Translations under genes and position numbers: made by a program
Part shown: in pieces, positions 58,389 through 64,000 of the stretch
Layout: every line of letters starts with the position of its first letter
Numbering within the stretch: position 1 is the first letter of the stretch
Assembly (NCBI GenBank): GCA_965661545.1
Contig: CBFIEF010000004.1
Coordinates: 1,831-65,830, forward strand
Length of the DNA: 64,000 bases
Direction of reading: 5' to 3'
DNA from: Alphaproteobacteria bacterium
GTDB taxonomy: Bacteria > Pseudomonadota > Alphaproteobacteria > UBA7985
Notes under the pieces: generated by a model
What the model saw: the letters and a program-made list of their open reading frames with translations, nothing else
Database searches by the model: none
What the model was told of the DNA's origin: nothing

Positions 58389-59147
58389 GTGAGCTCGCAC
58401 TTTATGCCTTTGATCCGCGCTCTGTTTCGCTCATCAATTTTTCTGCTTTCGTGCCTCCTTGTGCTGACACTTTCAGCTTGCGGAGAATCCAGCGACGATG
58501 ATGCTTCCGGCTGCGCTCGGTCATTCGCGCCTGTATGTGCCTATGTCGAACCCACCTATTGCGGCTTGGGGCCCGGTCAATGTGGCAGCTTCCGCCAGAC
58601 GTTTGATAACGCCTGCTGGGCGCGAAAAGCTGGAGCGACAGACCTTCAAAGCGGCGCCTGCCGACCAACGGGGCAAGGCGCCGTGCCGGACCCACGAGAT
58701 GGCCCTTATGCCGCTCCGCAGCTTGGCTTTCAGTCTCCGGTACCACCCGCTGGCTTTTGGCCGGCCGGCAACCCCTACGATGAAGCTCGGCTTGGAGAGA
58801 TGTTCACACGGCAAGAGGACGGCCTAAGAGTCACGGGCGCACACGTGGATACCCGTGCCGCCTGGAATGGCGACCCAGAAATGATCCTGATCATTTCTGG
58901 TACCCACGTCAGTGGGTGCAAGCAGGTCGTGCTCACGCAGTCTGCCCGGATTGACAATACATTTGGCATCGCCGTTCGAAGCCTTGATTTACAGGAATTG
59001 GGTCAATCGTGTGGACCCGTGAAAGCCTTCACCAAGTCCCTGAAACTTGATCCGGGACCACAAGCGTTTGGGATCGGGGATCGATACGACATAGTGGTGA
59101 ATGGTCGCTTAGGCCAGTTCACCGTTCTTAAACCGGCTGGCAGCTAA
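58389..59147 (+). CDS. lipoprotein with N-terminal Cys-rich Kazal-like module
   Basis: Lipobox LTLSAC; 'GCARSFAPVCAYVEPTYCGLGPGQCGSFRQTFDNACWARKAGATDLQSGAC' has six Cys in Kazal-like spacing (C…PVC…TYC…C…NAC…C); alternative ATG start at 58404. Confidence 0.5.
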   Translation: MSSHFMPLIRALFRSSIFLLSCLLVLTLSACGESSDDDASGCARSFAPVCAYVEPTYCGLGPGQCGSFRQTFDNACWARKAGATDLQSGACRPTGQGAVPDPRDGPYAAPQLGFQSPVPPAGFWPAGNPYDEARLGEMFTRQEDGLRVTGAHVDTRAAWNGDPEMILIISGTHVSGCKQVVLTQSARIDNTFGIAVRSLDLQELGQSCGPVKAFTKSLKLDPGPQAFGIGDRYDIVVNGRLGQFTVLKPAGS

Positions 59148-60109
59148 GTTCGCTGATACGCCAACCGCGCAGCGACGAGATCTTCAATCGCGGAACCGCA
59201 ATTCTTGAACAGGGTAATCTGGTCATAGAACCGGCGACCATCCCGCTCACCTTGTGTCAGATCAAAGAGATCGGCGGCAACATCGTCTTTGGTGATCAAG
59301 CCTTTGTTCATCGGGATGATGAGGTCGCCGGCTTCAGCCAACGCGCCGGTCCGCGTGTCAACGAACAGCCGAGCTTTCTGGATCAGCTTATCATCCGATT
59401 CCCGGTTTTCCGGAGAAAACGCCCCCACCAAATCAATGTGGGTGCCGGGTCGGACCCAGTCGCCGAATATCACTGGCTCACTGCTGGAGGTCACGCAGGT
59501 AACGATATCAGCGCCTTCCACAGCCGCTTGCAAGTCCTCCGTCACGCTGATGCTTTTTAGCTCCTTGGCGTCGTCTTGCAGGCGGTAATTCGCCACGAGC
59601 TCCTGAGCCCGCTTTGGAGTTCGGTTCCAGACGAGCACATCTTTAATGCCGCGCACGGCACGGTGCGCATCAATAAAGTGACGGGCCAGCGCGCCCGCTC
59701 CCACGACCAGCAAGCGCTGCGCATCGGGGCGCGATAAATAACTCGATGCTAAAGCAGAAGCCGCCGACGTGCGCTTCGCGGTAATGGATTCTGCCTCCAA
59801 AACGCCCCGCATCTTTCCGGTACTTGCATCCATGAAGATATAAATGCCCTGCACCAACGGGAGCCCCTTGGCTGGGTTTCCTTCGTTGACAGTCACCAAC
59901 TTCACGCCGAGATCACCGTCGATTTGCCACGACGGCATGTTCAGCAAGATTGTTGGCTGCTCGTGAACGTTTTCCACGAGAAACCGATTCCGCAAAGGCG
60001 CTTGATACGGACGCGCAGTAGCACCCATTCGAAACGCCCGGCGCAGCGCCTCAATCAGGCTTTTCTGATCGAGGGCAATTTCTATCTCGGCTGCTGATAC
60101 AATACGCAC
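59144..60109 (-). CDS. ornithine cyclodeaminase / mu-crystallin family protein
   Basis: 321 aa; Rossmann 'VVGAGALARHF'; OCD/mu-crystallin N-terminus. Confidence 0.8.
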   Translation of the reverse strand: MRIVSAAEIEIALDQKSLIEALRRAFRMGATARPYQAPLRNRFLVENVHEQPTILLNMPSWQIDGDLGVKLVTVNEGNPAKGLPLVQGIYIFMDASTGKMRGVLEAESITAKRTSAASALASSYLSRPDAQRLLVVGAGALARHFIDAHRAVRGIKDVLVWNRTPKRAQELVANYRLQDDAKELKSISVTEDLQAAVEGADIVTCVTSSSEPVIFGDWVRPGTHIDLVGAFSPENRESDDKLIQKARLFVDTRTGALAEAGDLIIPMNKGLITKDDVAADLFDLTQGERDGRRFYDQITLFKNCGSAIEDLVAARLAYQRT

Positions 60110-60114
60110 GATGT

Positions 60115-60507
60115 CTAGATCGCAGGTAAGGGCTGGAGTTGGACCTCTTCAGCCGGTTGGTCGATGGTTTTCATGGCGGCAATCTGCTCCTCTAGACGCT
60201 CAATCTCGGCTTCCCGGTCCGACATATCAGCGCGCAAACGTTCCAATTCGTCTTGGGCCTTGGTCAGCGTCCGGGTGGTTTTACGCAGCGCAGAGCGGCG
60301 CGAACCAGCTTGAAGCCAAACGAATACAAAACCCAAGAGAAAGCTAACAAGAGAGGTAGCCGTAATCCAGACAGCCATTGGCTGAACCAAGCCTTCTGGC
60401 GCGACAATCGCGAGACGCAGTGTGGCGGTTTGGGTGTTGGACACGACAAACCAGATAAGAACAGCCACGAAAAACATGGCGATGATGGAAGATACAAAAC
60501 GGATCAT
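60115..60507 (-). CDS. LapA-family (DUF1049) inner-membrane protein with C-terminal coiled coil
   Basis: MIRFVSSIIAMFFVAVLIWFVVSN… two TM then 'DELERLRADMSDREAEIERLEEQIAAMK'; downstream of ihfB as in many alphaproteobacteria. Confidence 0.6.
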   Translation of the reverse strand: MIRFVSSIIAMFFVAVLIWFVVSNTQTATLRLAIVAPEGLVQPMAVWITATSLVSFLLGFVFVWLQAGSRRSALRKTTRTLTKAQDELERLRADMSDREAEIERLEEQIAAMKTIDQPAEEVQLQPLPAI

Positions 60508-60692
60508 TGGGGTCGATCTCCTGAGGTGGTGGGCGCAGCACGAAGGCGCGCTTGGAGTGGCTCTTCCCGTAAGCCCGCAAGCATGGTGGTGCTTGCTCGT
60601 TTTCCTACTCGTAAAATGACAGATAAACCGGACGGTTGCAAAGGCTTCAATCCAAGTCACTGCCGATAGCGCCCCCCTTGGCGCCCAGCATA

Positions 60693-60725
60693 AAAAAAGG
60701 AGACCGAAGTCCCCTTTCCCAAAAA
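60693..60725 (-). terminator. intrinsic terminator downstream of ihfB
   Basis: Minus-strand RNA GGGGAC-UUCG-GUCUCC (one G·U pair, UUCG tetraloop) followed by UUUUUUU. Confidence 0.55.
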
Positions 60726-60739
60726 ACACTTCTGCTGGC

Positions 60740-61033
60740 TTAGTCTTCTGCTTCGCTGTCGTTCAAGCGCTCGTGGAGTTGCTTGCCCGTTTTGAAGTAG
60801 GGAATAGCCTTTTCAGAAACCTCAACCGGCTCACCCGAACGCGGGTTACGGCCAGTTCTTGCCTTGCGAACCTTCACAGAGAAAGCACCAAAACCACGCA
60901 GCTCGATGCGGTCGCCTTGGGTCAAACCCTCAGTAATCTCATCAAAAACCGTGTTCACGATTTTGGTAATATCCCGCAGATAAAGATGCGGGTTATCCGA
61001 AGCGACAAGTTGGATCAGCTCAGATTTTGTCAT
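60740..61033 (-). CDS. ihfB: integration host factor subunit beta
   Basis: [72 protein letters not shown]… matches IHF-beta. Confidence 0.85.
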   Translation of the reverse strand: MTKSELIQLVASDNPHLYLRDITKIVNTVFDEITEGLTQGDRIELRGFGAFSVKVRKARTGRNPRSGEPVEVSEKAIPYFKTGKQLHERLNDSEAED

Positions 61034-61139
61034 GGTGTCCCCCAAACTCTCTGGCAGTTGCCCTGCTAAGCCTGCCGCATCATGCGGCGCAAAAAACCCC
61101 TGTTGCGCCGCATGTTTGCGATAGAACTTTAGACCCGTG

Positions 61140-62816
61140 TTAGCTGCGGCTGTTCTTGAGCGCTTCGCCCAGAATGTCGCCCAAGGATGCGCCGGAATCA
61201 GTGGAACCGTACTCGGCCATTGCCTCCTGTTCTTCCTCGGTTTCACGTGCCTTAATGGACAGAGAGATCTTGCGTGTCTTGGAGTCGATGGCGGTAATCT
61301 TCGCATCCACCTTCTCGCCAACTGCAAAACGATCGGTCCGCTGGTCATCACGGTCACGTGCCAGATCAGAACGACGGATGAAGCCCGTCACACCGTCAGT
61401 CACCTGAACCTCAATACCATTGTCCTGAACCTGCGTAATCACGGTGGTAACCACCTGACCGCGCTTCAGGCCGTCTATTGCGTTTGCAAACGGATCGTCT
61501 TCGAGCTGCTTGATGCCCAAAGAGATACGCTCTTTCTCAACATCAACGTCGAGGACCTTGGCCGATACAGACTCGCCCTTGGTGTAATCCTTGACAGCTT
61601 CTTCGCCAACGCGGTTCCAGTCGATGTCCGACAAGTGAACCATGCCGTCGATGTCGCCTTCGAGGCCAACGAACAGACCGAATTCGGTGATGTTGCGAAT
61701 TTCGCCTTCGATGGAAGAGCCAACAGGGTTGCTGTCCAAGAACGCTTCCCATGGGTTCTGCATGGTCTGCTTGAGACCAAGGGAAATGCGACGCTTCGAG
61801 GTATCCACATCGAGGATGACAACTTCAACTTCTTGCGAAGTGGAAACGATCTTACCCGGGTGTACGTTCTTCTTTGTCCATGACATCTCGGAAACGTGCA
61901 CCAGACCTTCGATGCCCGGCAGCAATTCAACAAATGCACCATAATCGGTGATGTTGGTAACGCGGCCGTTGAACTTCGTACCAACTGGGAACTCAGCCGC
62001 AACCGTTTCCCAAGGATCGGTTTCGAGCTGCTTCATGCCCAGCGAGATACGCTGTGTTTCGCGGTTGAACTTGATCACCTGAACTTCGACGGACTGACCA
62101 ACAGTCAGAACCTCGGACGGGTGATTGATGCGGCGCCACGAAATGTCGGTGACGTGCAACAGGCCGTCTACACCGCCCAGATCAACGAATGCACCGTAAT
62201 CGGTGATGTTCTTAACAACACCCTGCAGTACGCTACCCTCTTCGAGGTTCTGGATAAGCTCCTGACGCTGTTCAGCGCGCGCTTCTTCCAGAACGGCACG
62301 ACGAGAAACAACGATGTTGCCGCGCGCCTTGTCCATCTTCAGAATCTGGAATGGCTGCGCATTGTTCATCAGAGGAGCGACATCGCGCACGGGGCGGATA
62401 TCAACCTGTGAACCGGGCAAGAACGCTACTGCACCACCCAGGTCGACTGTAAAGCCACCCTTGACGCGGTTGAAGATAACGCCTTCCACGCGAACGCCGT
62501 CGTTGAACTTCTTTTCCAGCTCAACCCAAGCTTCTTCGCGGCGCGCCTTGTCACGAGACAGCATAACTTCGCCGTCTTTGTTCTCATAGCGCTCCACGAA
62601 CACTTCTACGGTGTCGCCGGCTTTGATGGTCGGCTCTTGGCCGGGCATCGTGAATTCTTTAAGGGGTACGCGACCTTCAGATTTGAGGCCAACATCGATG
62701 ATCACCAGATCATTTTCGATGTTCAATACGGTACCGGAGAGGACGGACCCTTCGAGGGTGTCGCCCATTGTTTCGTTGAGGAGATCCGCGAAGGACTCCA
62801 TGGCGGCTTCTGCCAT
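61140..62816 (-). CDS. rpsA: 30S ribosomal protein S1
   Basis: Six S1 domains; start taken at [17 protein letters not shown] (alternative start 62801); rpsA-cmk-aroA gene order. Confidence 0.95.
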   Translation of the reverse strand: MAEAAMESFADLLNETMGDTLEGSVLSGTVLNIENDLVIIDVGLKSEGRVPLKEFTMPGQEPTIKAGDTVEVFVERYENKDGEVMLSRDKARREEAWVELEKKFNDGVRVEGVIFNRVKGGFTVDLGGAVAFLPGSQVDIRPVRDVAPLMNNAQPFQILKMDKARGNIVVSRRAVLEEARAEQRQELIQNLEEGSVLQGVVKNITDYGAFVDLGGVDGLLHVTDISWRRINHPSEVLTVGQSVEVQVIKFNRETQRISLGMKQLETDPWETVAAEFPVGTKFNGRVTNITDYGAFVELLPGIEGLVHVSEMSWTKKNVHPGKIVSTSQEVEVVILDVDTSKRRISLGLKQTMQNPWEAFLDSNPVGSSIEGEIRNITEFGLFVGLEGDIDGMVHLSDIDWNRVGEEAVKDYTKGESVSAKVLDVDVEKERISLGIKQLEDDPFANAIDGLKRGQVVTTVITQVQDNGIEVQVTDGVTGFIRRSDLARDRDDQRTDRFAVGEKVDAKITAIDSKTRKISLSIKARETEEEQEAMAEYGSTDSGASLGDILGEALKNSRS

Positions 62817-62989
62817 TCTGTTAGATTTCCTGTAAATGATATCCAACCCGAGGGCTGGACTTTGGCGCGGCCCTGCGAACAGGATCACCCCAAGGGTTTG
62901 GGTTTCAGTTGAAATCCGGACGTGCCACGGATCAGCAAAAAGCTTCTCCAATCGACCCATCCGGCCTCAGATTTTCGCAAACCGAGGTA

Positions 62990-63616
62990 TTAAGATGCAA
63001 CGACCGAAAGCGCCTGCTCAAACACCTGATCGGCGGTAAGCATTGACGTGTCGATCAACGTTGCGTCTTGAGCCGGTCTTAGAGGCGAATCTTCTCGAGT
63101 TTCATCGCGTCTATCTCGAACAACCAAGTCGTTGAAAACACGGTCGTATATAACGCTCGGGTCTTTTTCCCGCAACTCCAACCAACGGCGTTCTGCCCTG
63201 ACATTTCGGTTGGCCGTAATGAACAGCTTGCAAGTCGCATAAGGACAAATAACTGTCCCAATATCACGCCCGTCGAGCACGGCACCGGCTTTTTCCCCAG
63301 GGGGCGAGTCGGCGAAATTACGCTGAAAATCCTTTAACGCCTCTCGAACAGGGGTCAAAGCAGCAACGAGAGAGGCCGCTTCACTGACCGCTGGCGTCCG
63401 CAAATGAGGGTGCGCCATGTCCTCCCCAATCAGCCCTGAAGCCAGCATCACAAGCCCGTTGATGTCATCCAGGTCAACCGACTGATCCAGCGCTTTTGCC
63501 CCAACGGCTCGATAAAGTGCGCCACTATCGAGATAGGCAAAGTCGAAGTGCGCGGCTAATCGACGGGCCAAGGTGCCCTTTCCCGCAGCAGCCGGTCCGT
63601 CGATCGCGATAATCAT
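62990..63616 (-). CDS. cmk: (d)CMP kinase
   Basis: MIIAIDGPAAAGKGTLARRLA… P-loop; 208 aa. Confidence 0.9.
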   Translation of the reverse strand: MIIAIDGPAAAGKGTLARRLAAHFDFAYLDSGALYRAVGAKALDQSVDLDDINGLVMLASGLIGEDMAHPHLRTPAVSEAASLVAALTPVREALKDFQRNFADSPPGEKAGAVLDGRDIGTVICPYATCKLFITANRNVRAERRWLELREKDPSVIYDRVFNDLVVRDRRDETREDSPLRPAQDATLIDTSMLTADQVFEQALSVVAS

Positions 63617-64000
63617 GCGAGCTTCGCGCCCAATCCGTTGAACAAATCAACGAAGGTGGGGAAGGAGGTTAGAATGCAGTTCTTGTCGTCTACGGTCATG
63701 CCTTTATCCGACACCATGCCGAGCACAAGCGTAGACATGGCGCGGCGATGATCGAGTTCGGTTAAGACCTCACCGCCACCGGGCACCGAGCCACCCATGC
63801 CGTCAATTTCCAACCAGTCTTCGCCGCTGCGTGTGGTCACCCCGGCTGCGGTCAGCATGTCGATGATGCCTTGCAGGCGGTCGGATTCCTTAACGCGCAA
63901 CTCTTCTAAGCCTTCCATCCGGGTCGTGCCCTCCGCCACAGCAGCGGCAACGGAGAGGATGGGGTATTCGTCAATCTGTGACGGCGCTCGCGCGGCTGGG
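63613..64000 (-). CDS. aroA: 3-phosphoshikimate 1-carboxyvinyltransferase, C-terminal part (gene continues beyond window end)
   Basis: …LRVKESDRLQGIIDMLTAAGV…DHRRAMS… EPSP synthase C-terminal motifs; the ORF runs to the window edge. Confidence 0.85.
   Translation of the reverse strand, partial: PAARAPSQIDEYPILSVAAAVAEGTTRMEGLEELRVKESDRLQGIIDMLTAAGVTTRSGEDWLEIDGMGGSVPGGGEVLTELDHRRAMSTLVLGMVSDKGMTVDDKNCILTSFPTFVDLFNGLGAKLA

Noticed and set aside
61034-61139. Hairpins (GCCGCAtcaTGCGGC; GGCGCAA…TTGCGCC) between ihfB and rpsA considered as terminators
   Set aside because: Neither is followed by a U-tract in the correct orientation for either minus-strand gene. More likely they are promoter or leader structure for ihfB, or chance.
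1-64000. Mobile genetic elements, prophage or integron features
   Set aside because: No transposase, integrase, recombinase, terminal inverted repeats or att-like duplications were seen. The accessory-looking genes (adhesin, barnase/barstar) have no flanking mobility genes in this window.

Overview
High-GC (~60%) alphaproteobacterial chromosomal window, Rhodobacterales-like in gene content and order (hemA-type ALA synthase; GapR/DUF1178/DUF1244 cluster; ribF-ileS-lspA; ftsEX; rpsA-cmk-aroA; ScfR/RamB-like regulator with isocitrate lyase). Most of the 64 kb is densely packed core housekeeping genes on both strands. I found no rRNA, tRNA, CRISPR, transposase or integrase. Six stretches stand out. 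(1) A single ORF fuses a canonical bL27 ribosomal protein to an Ala/Lys/Glu-rich linker and a C-terminal helix-hairpin-helix domain, and it is not preceded by rplU. (2) A translationally coupled secreted barnase-like RNase and barstar-like inhibitor pair sits between argJ and a PduO-type adenosyltransferase. (3) An 896-aa FG-GAP/cadherin-like surface protein with a (GAD)n acidic repeat tract lies behind a 450-bp AT-rich leader. (4) Two tandem paralogous large secreted proteins of unknown function (764 and 614 aa) lie between zapE and plsC-ftsXE. (5) A Cys-rich Kazal-like lipoprotein. (6) msrP is followed by a small non-MsrQ membrane protein. Several genes use GTG or TTG starts (hemA, htpG, the GNAT-NUDIX fusion). 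All calls rest on reading the supplied translations against remembered family signatures; no database search was run.
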